Source: a virus | Lineage: Duplodnaviria; Caudoviricetes | IMG/VR virus record: IMGVR_UViG_3300037424_001314 | Location: 1-55,761 of that record | DNA: 55,761 nucleotides | Direction: 5' to 3' (one strand) | Part shown: in pieces, positions 7,668 to 16,146 of the stretch | Layout of the letters: every line of letters begins with the position of its first letter | Numbering within the stretch: the stretch's first letter is position 1 | Translations under genes and position numbers: made by a program | The notes under the pieces: generated by a model | Told to the model about the DNA's origin: nothing | The model's input: the letters and a program-made list of their open reading frames with translations, nothing else | Databases searched by the model: none

Positions 7668-8186
7668 ATGAAAACTTGGTTTGTCGCTGTGATGGTTGCG
7701 TGCGCGCTGGTTTGTTCGTCCACTATTCTGGCCGCTCCTCCGACGGCAGACGAGGTGGACGTCATTCTCGATCAGGCACGCGGGATGGCACGCAAGGGCG
7801 ATTTACTGGGAGCAATTACGATATGCAATAAGACCATTCAAACTAAGCCAGACCGTATTTCAGACCTGAAGCTGAAAGATATGATAGTTTTGCTCAAGAA
7901 AGAGAGTGCCAATAGGGGACGACAGGCAGCGGAGCGGGCGGGCAGGGATGCATATAATGCCGAGATGAACAGACCCAGGTCCAAAGAGGAACAACGGAGC
8001 GAAATTGAACAAGCCAAGTTAATCGTCCAAAGCCAGATCAGGAAGATTGAGTCCGACGAAGAAGCCGTCAAGCGCCTGTGGATTACAGATCAAATTCCCG
8101 CTTTTGAATATACGCGCCGCCGGGAGATTTTGAGACAGCAGAAACTTAAACTCCAGGATAACCGGGACAATATCTACAGTCGTTGA
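7668..8186 (+). CDS. Exported protein with signal peptide (lysogeny module)
   Basis: MKTWFVAVMVACALVCSSTILA-APP signal peptide; TPR-like helical segment. Confidence 0.7.
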   Translation: MKTWFVAVMVACALVCSSTILAAPPTADEVDVILDQARGMARKGDLLGAITICNKTIQTKPDRISDLKLKDMIVLLKKESANRGRQAAERAGRDAYNAEMNRPRSKEEQRSEIEQAKLIVQSQIRKIESDEEAVKRLWITDQIPAFEYTRRREILRQQKLKLQDNRDNIYSR

Positions 8187-8192
8187 TTCATT

Positions 8193-9359
8193 ATGCCTAT
8201 CAAGCAGCGGTGCTCTAAATGCCGCCAGTTCGTGACGTACGGAACAAGGATCTGTCCTAATCCTTCGTGTGGGGGGGCGGTCCACAAATCGGTCTATCTC
8301 GTCAAGAAAGTCAGGGGGAGACTCGTAACGCGTAGCCTCGGGATATGCACGCGTTCGGATGCAGAGACCGAACACGCCCGATTTATACTAGAGATCGGAC
8401 GGGGCATAATCTCGGCACCCACGTTCCTGGGAGAACTCCTTGACGGCCATGTAGCGAAGATGTGCGCCGAAAAGAAGGACTACCACCAACGAGCGCGCCT
8501 GTTTTTTGACCGGGCGCTTACTTTTTTCGGGGACGTGGATATTTCACGTATCACGCCTGACCAAGCTCGAAAATTCCAAACATGGTTGATCGCGGGAAGA
8601 AATTCTGAGTCCTACTGTGACAAACACATTGCGATGTGCAAGGCCGCGTGGAATTCGGGGGCGTGGGGCCGGCCGAATCCGTTTGAACAGGTAAAGCTCT
8701 TCAACCCGGATAACACGTTGATTCGGTGGCTCTCTGACGACGAAGAGGCGCGCCTGTTGATCGCGGCAAAAGAGTTACCCAACAAGCCAGGACATAACCA
8801 GGGCGGCATGACGCCGCTCAACCTCCACGAAATCATCTTGATCGCAATTCACACCGGCCTCCGCAAGCAAAATATACTGAAACTTCATGTCGATGAGATC
8901 CACGCGGCATCTCGCATGATCATAGTCAGACAGAAGCGTAACCGGACCCACGTCGCTTACATCAACGAAGCCGTTCAAGGAGCACTCCAGTCTGTGACGC
9001 CGAACGATCAGGGATGGTATTTCCCCAATCCTCTAACGAACAAGCCGTATACGGATATTGTGGGCACCTTTGAAGCAGTCAAGAAGCTGGCGGGGATAAC
9101 AAAACCGTTCCGGTTCCACGACCTCAGACACCACGCAGCGACAAAACTGCTCCGTTTAACTGGGAACCTCCGGCTCGTGCAACTGTTCCTCGGTCACAGC
9201 ACAGCGGCAGTAACAGAGAAGTATGCACATGTTTTAGCTGACGATCAACGCGCGGCTGTTGAGCAGCTTTGTGGCAGGGGGGTGTACAAAAAGGCGTACC
9301 AATTGGGGATTGACGATGCTATCAACCTGTTATCACATGGAGATACGGTTCCTAATTAG
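8193..9359 (+). CDS. int: Tyrosine integrase
   Basis: HTGLR, K, FRFHDLRH, LGH and YAH catalytic motifs; N-terminal CxxC pairs. Confidence 0.95.
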   Translation: MPIKQRCSKCRQFVTYGTRICPNPSCGGAVHKSVYLVKKVRGRLVTRSLGICTRSDAETEHARFILEIGRGIISAPTFLGELLDGHVAKMCAEKKDYHQRARLFFDRALTFFGDVDISRITPDQARKFQTWLIAGRNSESYCDKHIAMCKAAWNSGAWGRPNPFEQVKLFNPDNTLIRWLSDDEEARLLIAAKELPNKPGHNQGGMTPLNLHEIILIAIHTGLRKQNILKLHVDEIHAASRMIIVRQKRNRTHVAYINEAVQGALQSVTPNDQGWYFPNPLTNKPYTDIVGTFEAVKKLAGITKPFRFHDLRHHAATKLLRLTGNLRLVQLFLGHSTAAVTEKYAHVLADDQRAAVEQLCGRGVYKKAYQLGIDDAINLLSHGDTVPN

Positions 9360-9418
9360 GGACTTAAAATCCCTTGGGGCTAGTCCCCGTGACGGTTCGA
9401 GTCCGTCCTCAGGCACCA
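9358..9418 (+). other. attP core: 3' part of tRNA-Leu(UAA)
   Basis: Anticodon arm AGGGA-CTTAAAA-TCCCT, long variable arm, T-arm GACGG-TTCGAGT-CCGTC and ACCA end. The 5' strand and D-arm are absent. Confidence 0.9.
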
Positions 9419-9440
9419 CAAATTATTAGACAATTTAGTC

Positions 9441-9468
9441 AGGGCCACCGGCAAGGTGGTCCTTTTTT
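9441..9468 (+). terminator. Rho-independent terminator
   Basis: AGGGCCACC-GGCAA-GGTGGTCCT followed by a T run. Confidence 0.8.
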
Positions 9469-9770
9469 GTTGGTTTTTGATCAAAACGCGGTGCTGCAAT
9501 CTCAGATATTTACGCAAACTCAAAAAGCGCCGGGAGTACAAAAAGGAGTACCCTGCGGATTGTTTGAACACAAGGTGGCACCCCCCACGCATAAAGTCGG
9601 GACTTGAAACCTTAAAAATTTTTTCGGTCATCATGTTAACCGCCTCGGTTGATTCTCTGATTTTATTATCACTTATTTTGTCTTTCTAAATCATTACCAC
9701 AACATAGCTCGTCTCCTCGCAACAAAATGACACTTTTTAACCTAAAACTAGCTACTTATCCATATTTTTC

Positions 9771-9803
9771 TTGACTAGGATTAACCTTCCGAGTTAATAC
9801 CAT
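9771..9803 (+). promoter_or_regulatory. Putative head/tail operon promoter with a TTAACC-N5-GGTTAA-like box
   Basis: TTGACT-AGGA-TTAACCTTCCGAGTTAA-TACCAT; a second box at 9636-9652. Confidence 0.55.
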
Positions 9804-9849
9804 CCGCAGAGGCCACTGACCTAGCCCGTAATTAGCAAGCCTCGGCGGA

Positions 9850-10629
9850 ATGGAAATGCTGCGAAAGAAGGCCGACGCCCAATTAATTCGGTCCAGCTCA
9901 AGGGAGCTCATTTATTTCCCGATTTATGCCCCCTGGACCGTGGATACCTGGGAGGACGCAATTCTACCAGAGAGTTTGATGCTCACTGCCCATGAGTGGA
10001 TGACCTCCGGGAGGGCTCAAAACGTTGACGTCCAGCATGATGGTATCCAGGCCGACGCCGCAATTTGTGAATCATTCATCAGTATTCCACAAGATCCGAG
10101 GTTCCCGATGCCTGGCACGTGGGCGGGGGCCATGCGGCTGAAAGACCCAGCGCTACAGGCTGGGGTCGAGATGGGCGTCATTAACGGCGTCTCTCTCGAA
10201 ATTGATAGTGACCCGATGCGGGAGGACGGTCTTGCGGTAACGCGGACACGATACCCGACGCTAGTAGCGAACCCGGTATCCGCAAAAGGGTCCACTGAGC
10301 AATCATTTTCCGACGCTATTGAGCCACACGTTCATCCGCTGGGTTTGGAATTCGATGGCCGCACCAGGATCATGCCGACCCTCACCGGCGAGACGATGGG
10401 ACACAAACATGAGGTTTTTCAATCGACCGCCACTGAGATGGCTCAGGGGCATACGCACCCAATTGATTTCTTCAAGCTCGACATTCAATACGTCTCTAAA
10501 TTGCAGCTCGTCAGTTGGATGACAAAACTCTCCGTTATCGCAATTTCGCTTGTCGAGCACGGGGCTAATTGGATGCCCATCACACAATTTAAACGGGCAG
10601 AGGAGGTACTCAGTTGGCCGGGCAAATAG
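9850..10629 (+). CDS. XkdF-like prohead protease
   Basis: YAPWTVDTWED...VDVQHDG...CESFI...GTW...INGVSLE; HxH repeats in the C-terminal part. Confidence 0.8.
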   Translation: MEMLRKKADAQLIRSSSRELIYFPIYAPWTVDTWEDAILPESLMLTAHEWMTSGRAQNVDVQHDGIQADAAICESFISIPQDPRFPMPGTWAGAMRLKDPALQAGVEMGVINGVSLEIDSDPMREDGLAVTRTRYPTLVANPVSAKGSTEQSFSDAIEPHVHPLGLEFDGRTRIMPTLTGETMGHKHEVFQSTATEMAQGHTHPIDFFKLDIQYVSKLQLVSWMTKLSVIAISLVEHGANWMPITQFKRAEEVLSWPGK

Positions 10630-11633
10630 TTCAAGCAATCATTGTGCCTGAAGGCGGGGATATTGAATTACTCAAGGAGCTTTTTGGGGAGGACTTCTCG
10701 AAAATAGAAGGCGCCGAGGTGTCCACTGACGGCACAAGCCAGGTCTATACCCTGGCACAGAAAAGCGATTTCTCGCGGCTCAACGCCCCCGTTCCCATTG
10801 GAGATACAGCAATCAAAGCGATTACCGGAGAACCGCTAGCGGGGAAAGCGGACGCCGTGACTGTAACCATGCCGCTACAGGATACGGCCGCGACCATTAC
10901 ACACGAACGCGAGATCTCATTCGGGGAACTCCTCGACCACGAACTCTATCGATGTTTCGACCTCATTTTCGGAGCCTTCAGCCAAATGATGAGCACCGCA
11001 GACCAGCGGAGACAGATCGTCATGGCCGCGCTCGATGCTCTCAGAGCATTCCTTGAGGTGCTCCTCGCTCAAACAGGCAATCAGCCCGTAGCCGGTAAAG
11101 CAGAAGAGAGGCGTCCTTTTGGCGCAAGCGAGTTCACCGGGCAGACCATTATCGAGCTGCGCAAGATCGAGAAACGGCTGATGCAAAAGCTCGACGGACT
11201 CCCGAAAGAAAATCAAGACAACGGAGGAATAGACATGAACGCAGAGGAAACGACCGCTTTGGTCAAAGAGGTTCTGTGTCCGCTTACAGAAAAAGTGGAT
11301 GCGTTGGCACTCAAATTCGATGAATCGCAGAAGCTCAAGGAACCGGTGATTGATCCGAACGCCGCAACTGTGGACCCCAACGCCGCTAAGACTGAACCGG
11401 TGAGCAAGGACGAGATTGTAGCAGCCTTGAAGGCCGAAATGGCCCCACTCCTGGAGAAGGTCGAGAAACTGGAGACGGCGGTGGCGGATACAGCCAAGAA
11501 AGCCGATGCACTCCAGCACCAGGGCAATCGGGTCCATACGGAGACTGAAGACCCTCGGGCCGTCAAATCCGACGACCCGCGATTGGCTGACCCGTGGAAC
11601 CAGGAAATTTTGAAACGCGCAACTGCCCGATAA
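10614..11633 (+). CDS. Probable capsid scaffolding protein
   Basis: Between protease and capsid; acidic, coiled-coil C-terminus. Confidence 0.6.
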   Translation: MAGQIVQAIIVPEGGDIELLKELFGEDFSKIEGAEVSTDGTSQVYTLAQKSDFSRLNAPVPIGDTAIKAITGEPLAGKADAVTVTMPLQDTAATITHEREISFGELLDHELYRCFDLIFGAFSQMMSTADQRRQIVMAALDALRAFLEVLLAQTGNQPVAGKAEERRPFGASEFTGQTIIELRKIEKRLMQKLDGLPKENQDNGGIDMNAEETTALVKEVLCPLTEKVDALALKFDESQKLKEPVIDPNAATVDPNAAKTEPVSKDEIVAALKAEMAPLLEKVEKLETAVADTAKKADALQHQGNRVHTETEDPRAVKSDDPRLADPWNQEILKRATAR

Positions 11634-11673
11634 CGGGCTTATGAATCAAATTGATTTGGGAGGAATTGATACC

Positions 11674-12648
11674 ATGTCCGCTCCAGGAATAGACAATTCA
11701 AGAAAGTTGTTCAAAGCCGACCTGACCAGCGATTACTTGTCAGGGGGCACATACGGCCGCGGCCTTCTGCCGGAAGCTGTATCCGATTCGTTCATAGTTG
11801 CGATGCAGGCAAAGAGCATCTTTTTGCAGGAAGCCAACGTGCAACGGATGACGTCCATGAAACAGGACATTGATGTTGCAGGATTTGGTTCTCGCGTCCT
11901 TTTTAAGGACGTCGCTGGAGTCGCCCCCACGGACGCACAACGTTCGTCTCTGACCATCTCCAGGAACCAACTTGACGCCGTATGGATGAGGGCTGCCACA
12001 GAGCTGAATTACCATGTCCAAAACGAGAACATCATGAAGCTCGGTATTGGGGCATACGTGAAAAGTCGGCTCGTAGACGAGGTATATCTAGACATAGAGG
12101 AAACGTGCTGGTACGGCGATACCGACTCCGCTGTGGATGGCCTCGACGCTTTTGACGGCATCATCAAAAAAGCCCGAGCCCGAGGCCGAGTCATCGACTC
12201 TACAGACGTCCCCTCGACAATCACAGACGAGCCGTTCCTGAAGGCGTACCTGAGCCTACCCAAGGCGTGGAGGGCCAGAAACAACAAGCCAGACCTTCGT
12301 TTCTACTGCTCCGATGATGTAGAGGCCGTCTACGCGAACTGGTTGACCCACAACAGGAATCTCGCACAGGCCGTCTACTACGACAATGCGGACCCGGGCG
12401 ACAGAATCAAACTACAGGGTGTATTCGTCAAACCGATGGCGATGCTGGCCAACGATGTGATCATCTGCACAAACCGCATGAACATCTGCCCTGGATTCTT
12501 TATTGAGATGTTCCTTGAAGAAAAACACGATCCAGCCCCGGGCACGGACGCCTACTATCTGCGGCTCGCAATGGATGTAGAGTTGGCTCAGGACTCTGGC
12601 ATAGCAATTTTTGAGGGACTCGATCTCGAAATGGAAGGCACCCTGTAA
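11674..12648 (+). CDS. Major capsid protein (HK97 fold, XkdG-like)
   Basis: GLLPEAVSDSFI, DIEETCWYGD, FDGIIKKA, LPKAWR; size and position fit. Confidence 0.88.
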   Translation: MSAPGIDNSRKLFKADLTSDYLSGGTYGRGLLPEAVSDSFIVAMQAKSIFLQEANVQRMTSMKQDIDVAGFGSRVLFKDVAGVAPTDAQRSSLTISRNQLDAVWMRAATELNYHVQNENIMKLGIGAYVKSRLVDEVYLDIEETCWYGDTDSAVDGLDAFDGIIKKARARGRVIDSTDVPSTITDEPFLKAYLSLPKAWRARNNKPDLRFYCSDDVEAVYANWLTHNRNLAQAVYYDNADPGDRIKLQGVFVKPMAMLANDVIICTNRMNICPGFFIEMFLEEKHDPAPGTDAYYLRLAMDVELAQDSGIAIFEGLDLEMEGTL

Positions 12649-12663
12649 GCCGAGAGGGGAACT

Positions 12664-12921
12664 ATGCCGACAATAACCCTCTTGAGGCCCGCGGCGACTT
12701 ACGAGATATGTCTCGGGCCTCAAGAATCCTACAAGTTTTTTCAAGACACCCCGGTTTGCGCGTCTCAGCGGGTAGCCGACGCATGCGCACGAGTCAACGC
12801 AAAACGCTCGGGCAGGCCGGTTTTCAAGATTATGCCTAATAGTGGAGACCCAGACGCTGATGTACTTGAGGCGTTTGGGCTGCAAATGGAGTGGCCATCG
12901 TGGAACTCAACGCAAGAGTAG
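12664..12921 (+). CDS. Small hypothetical protein after the capsid gene
   Basis: GAGGGG RBS; in operon. Confidence 0.55.
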   Translation: MPTITLLRPAATYEICLGPQESYKFFQDTPVCASQRVADACARVNAKRSGRPVFKIMPNSGDPDADVLEAFGLQMEWPSWNSTQE

Positions 12922-13556
12922 GGGGCAAGACCGCAAATAGTTTCGTGACGCTCGCAAGGGCAGACGAGATTATTGCCGCCGGTCCATACCCTACTACTGC
13001 GTGGGATGCCGCTACGGACGCGAAGAAGATTTTTTGTCTGATCTTGGCAGCCCGGTTTATGCGGAGCCGCTATTCGTACAAAGGGTGGCCGGTCCACCTG
13101 AATCAGTCGCTACCGTTTCCACGATACTACACGGAACTACCGGACCAGCCTCACGGGATATTCGCCCCTAGTTATCGTGTGTATGAGTGGACCAGCTTGA
13201 ATATCCTGGGGTTGACGACGGACGAGATTGCGGCAGCAGATGTTATCCCCGAAGAGATCGAGATGGCCCAGTGTTACATCGCTTATGGGGTGATTTTCCG
13301 GGGTCTCGTTGGGGTGACAGACCCGGCACGAGGGCCGCTAGGCAAGAAGCCGCAGGTCAAGGAACTCAACCTATTTGATGGTGGCCTGAAGATAGTTACA
13401 TCGGACAGGCCGTTATCGGTCACAGACAACTCCATGATCGAGCGTGTCATCCGCAGCGAGCATTTTCACATCATTCTGCTGCTTGAGGACTGGATAAGCG
13501 GGGCCAGCATGGGGCCGGGACTTCGCAGTTATGCGCTACTACCGGAGACATTGTAA
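12891..13556 (+). CDS. Head-tail adaptor (DnaT-like phage family)
   Basis: ANSFVTLARAD...W...QSLPFPR...IPEEIEMAQC pattern. Confidence 0.75.
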   Translation: MAIVELNARVGGKTANSFVTLARADEIIAAGPYPTTAWDAATDAKKIFCLILAARFMRSRYSYKGWPVHLNQSLPFPRYYTELPDQPHGIFAPSYRVYEWTSLNILGLTTDEIAAADVIPEEIEMAQCYIAYGVIFRGLVGVTDPARGPLGKKPQVKELNLFDGGLKIVTSDRPLSVTDNSMIERVIRSEHFHIILLLEDWISGASMGPGLRSYALLPETL

Positions 13557-13924
13557 TGCCTCTCAGTGATTTCCAGGACCAAATACTCGAAATAGTAGAG
13601 GATCATTTTTTTGCTGACACCGAGTTGGTGCGAACCGTAACATGGTCGCTCTATAAAGGCCGGTCTACCGCTGCGAGCACGTTCTCCGTGCCTGCCGTCC
13701 ACGGTAAGCACAAAGTCGGTGACGCGGAGATGGAGCACCACGTTGCTGGTCAGCAAGGTGAGCGCATATACTACATTCGGGAGTCTGACTTGCCGTCTGG
13801 GGTTACTTTCGAAGATCTTACGAGAAACGACGTTGTAACCGATGCAGGATCCGATTTCACTGTAGCTGAAATCAACAAATCGCTCGAATTCATAATCAAG
13901 GTTACGTGCTGGGGGCCGAGGTAA
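13556..13924 (+). CDS. Head closure/joining protein
   Basis: Position, size and TAATG coupling. Confidence 0.55.
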   Translation: MPLSDFQDQILEIVEDHFFADTELVRTVTWSLYKGRSTAASTFSVPAVHGKHKVGDAEMEHHVAGQQGERIYYIRESDLPSGVTFEDLTRNDVVTDAGSDFTVAEINKSLEFIIKVTCWGPR

Positions 13925-14421
13925 TGCTCGCCATTAGCTACATAATCCAGAACGCCATAGCGATACAGAGCCTAAACACAGCTCTACCTGGTGGTTCGTG
14001 GGTTGGTGTCCAGGACGTCAGCCGGTTATTCAAAAATGAAGTTCAGTCTGCCACCCCTATCGGCTGGAAATACACAAAGCAGGCTAAGACCAAAAAAGGA
14101 AAGGTCAAGGCCGGGACTGGCAAGTGGAAGCGTAGCGGCGCAGCCCGTGCCGCGTGGAGCATACAAGCTGATTCAGGAGCTCGCGGGATCTCTGTATTCA
14201 ATGAAACTCCATACATGCGGCCTCTTGAAGAGGGGCTCTACCCGGATCCACCGAAAGGCCCGATGCCGAAAGGCGTTCCTTGGACTCCGTGGAGGGTTGA
14301 GGGTGGGTTCTCGAAACAGGCTCCTGGGGGCATTGTGGGACCGATCTTTGCTGATGACGCATTCTGGGATAACGCAATGAACCTCATCATTCAACGCATC
14401 CAAGAGAGGCTACAGGGCTGA
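13924..14421 (+). CDS. HK97 gp10-like tail completion protein
   Basis: ATP...SGAARAAW...NETPYMRPLEEG...SKQAPGG motifs. Confidence 0.75.
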   Translation: MLAISYIIQNAIAIQSLNTALPGGSWVGVQDVSRLFKNEVQSATPIGWKYTKQAKTKKGKVKAGTGKWKRSGAARAAWSIQADSGARGISVFNETPYMRPLEEGLYPDPPKGPMPKGVPWTPWRVEGGFSKQAPGGIVGPIFADDAFWDNAMNLIIQRIQERLQG

Positions 14422-14870
14422 TGGCAGACGAACGCGAAGCCATATTGAGCGAATGGGAAACGGCGCTCTCAGATGTGTCTGATTGTAAAGTCGCTTCCCG
14501 CGATTTCGGCCTCGTGCTGGCCGTCCAGCTTGACGAATTCCCCGCGGCGTTCGTGCTAGACCTCGGCGATACAGTTGATGAACCGGAGATACTGCAACGC
14601 AACAATCTCACAACCATGCAAATCGGCGTTGTAACTGTCCTGAGAGGCTCAACGGCAGCCACAACCGCATCCGAGCATTCGGCGTTCCAGAGAAAAATCC
14701 TGCGCGCCATCTATGAGGCGGTCGCTAGTAGCGACGATGTGACGGGGTTCGCACGAACGGGTCGTTCGCAATTGGCGTTCGATACCCGATTCGGGCCGAA
14801 TGTCGTTTATCAGGGCATGCAATTTGATGTGCAATTCATTGAAGACATCGTTGAGCTGCTTAACGAATAA
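14421..14870 (+). CDS. Probable tail terminator
   Basis: Position before the tail tube gene; DEFPAAFV motif. Confidence 0.6.
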   Translation: MADEREAILSEWETALSDVSDCKVASRDFGLVLAVQLDEFPAAFVLDLGDTVDEPEILQRNNLTTMQIGVVTVLRGSTAATTASEHSAFQRKILRAIYEAVASSDDVTGFARTGRSQLAFDTRFGPNVVYQGMQFDVQFIEDIVELLNE

Positions 14871-14903
14871 TAGAGATCAACAATTGATACGGAGGTAATC
14901 GAT

Positions 14904-15488
14904 ATGGCTTACAGTGTGCAGCAATTAACGTTGGGTGGGGGCATATTTTATCTTGCCCCTCGCAGTGGCGACATAGAACCGGACGTGGGCGGATGGACCG
15001 ACGAGACCGGATCTTTCAATTTAGACTATGGTGATTTCAACGACCTGGGAGCGGTTCCTGACGTCAAGGCGTCGGTAAAGGTCGATGTGGCCGAACACTA
15101 CACGAACCGCGATGGTCCTGACGTGAAAGACGCTCAAGATCCAGTCCAGACGGGTCTCACCTGGAAGATTTCCTGCGACCAACTCAATCAGGACACCCTT
15201 GCGATGTTTTTCCTCGGCGCCAAGAGCGGGGCACGCACGGTCTACCATCTGACTAACCCTATGCAGGAATTCGCGTTGAAAGTCGTTCCCCGGTATACCA
15301 GGGGCGAGAAATGGACCCACCACATGCACAGGGGCGTCCTGAAACCGACCGGCGACGCATCGTTCTTCACCCGCAAGGAATACGGGAAGCTGGATTTTGA
15401 GATTGAGGCGTTGGCCGATTATGCGAACCATTCAAACGATGCGGGCGATAGCGTGTTCGGCTACAGCTCGTTGCCTGAAACCCTGTAA
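14904..15488 (+). CDS. Major tail tube protein
   Basis: LTLGGGIFY...DLG...LKPTGD...FEIEAL; precedes the chaperones and tape measure gene. Confidence 0.8.
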   Translation: MAYSVQQLTLGGGIFYLAPRSGDIEPDVGGWTDETGSFNLDYGDFNDLGAVPDVKASVKVDVAEHYTNRDGPDVKDAQDPVQTGLTWKISCDQLNQDTLAMFFLGAKSGARTVYHLTNPMQEFALKVVPRYTRGEKWTHHMHRGVLKPTGDASFFTRKEYGKLDFEIEALADYANHSNDAGDSVFGYSSLPETL

Positions 15489-15500
15489 TCGAGGTGATTT

Positions 15501-15917
15501 GTGAGTCAAGAAGAACGCTCTGCCGAGAAAAAGGCAAAGGCTTATGCTGCGATTGAGATTGATTGCAATGGCGTGACTGTTGAGGTCCGCCCCATTCCCG
15601 CAGGGAAGCTTATGAAGGCGACAACTTTCCTGTGGGATATTTTCAAGAATATCATCACCGGCGGGACCAACGAGGAATTGATCGAGAAGTGGGGCGATAA
15701 GCTTTTCGATTACCTCAACATGGCCGTTACCGTGCCGGACATCCCGGAGTGGACAGCAGAGGATTTGCCGTCCAACGCGATCGCCCAGGTGATTGACGCA
15801 TTCCTGGAACATACGATCAACCTGGGAAACTGGCGGGCCCGGGTTCGGAAATGGCAAGACCTCTTCGGGGTCAAAGTGGAGACGCCGGATTCGGGTTCAC
15901 AGACCTTGACGACATAA
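15501..15917 (+). CDS. Tail assembly chaperone (gpG-like)
   Basis: Position; carries an in-frame slippery site. Confidence 0.75.
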   Translation: MSQEERSAEKKAKAYAAIEIDCNGVTVEVRPIPAGKLMKATTFLWDIFKNIITGGTNEELIEKWGDKLFDYLNMAVTVPDIPEWTAEDLPSNAIAQVIDAFLEHTINLGNWRARVRKWQDLFGVKVETPDSGSQTLTT

Positions 15918-16129
15918 TCGAAGAACTACAGGTAATACTGATACTTGAAGGCCAAGATTATGATGTGGTCGAGAAATATTCTTTCCAGACGCTATTGCGA
16001 ATTACAGATGGCCTGATAGCCAAGAACAATCCAGACGGAGCGCAGGATCGCAATTGGCAGGAGTGGTCCCCGGAAAACGAGGATGCCACGATGGCCGAGT
16101 ATATGCGCCTCACAACCAAGACAAAATAG
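15824..16129 (+). CDS. Tail assembly chaperone extension (gpGT-like) via -1 frameshift
   Basis: G GGA AAC at 15824-15830; the -1 frame is open into ORF 15851..16129. Confidence 0.8.
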   Translation, partial: GKLAGPGSEMARPLRGQSGDAGFGFTDLDDIIEELQVILILEGQDYDVVEKYSFQTLLRITDGLIAKNNPDGAQDRNWQEWSPENEDATMAEYMRLTTKTK

Positions 16130-16146
16130 TGTAACGGGGCCTGAAC

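Larger units (their letters stand above)
9280..9552 (+). repeat. Putative integrase arm-type sites flanking the att core
   Basis: GGGTGTACAAAAAGGCGTACC (9280-9300) and GGGAGTACAAAAAGGAGTACC (9532-9552), 19/21 identical. Confidence 0.7.

Noticed and set aside
9358-9418. Functional phage tRNA-Leu
   Set aside because: The 5' acceptor strand and D-arm are missing; it is the att core.
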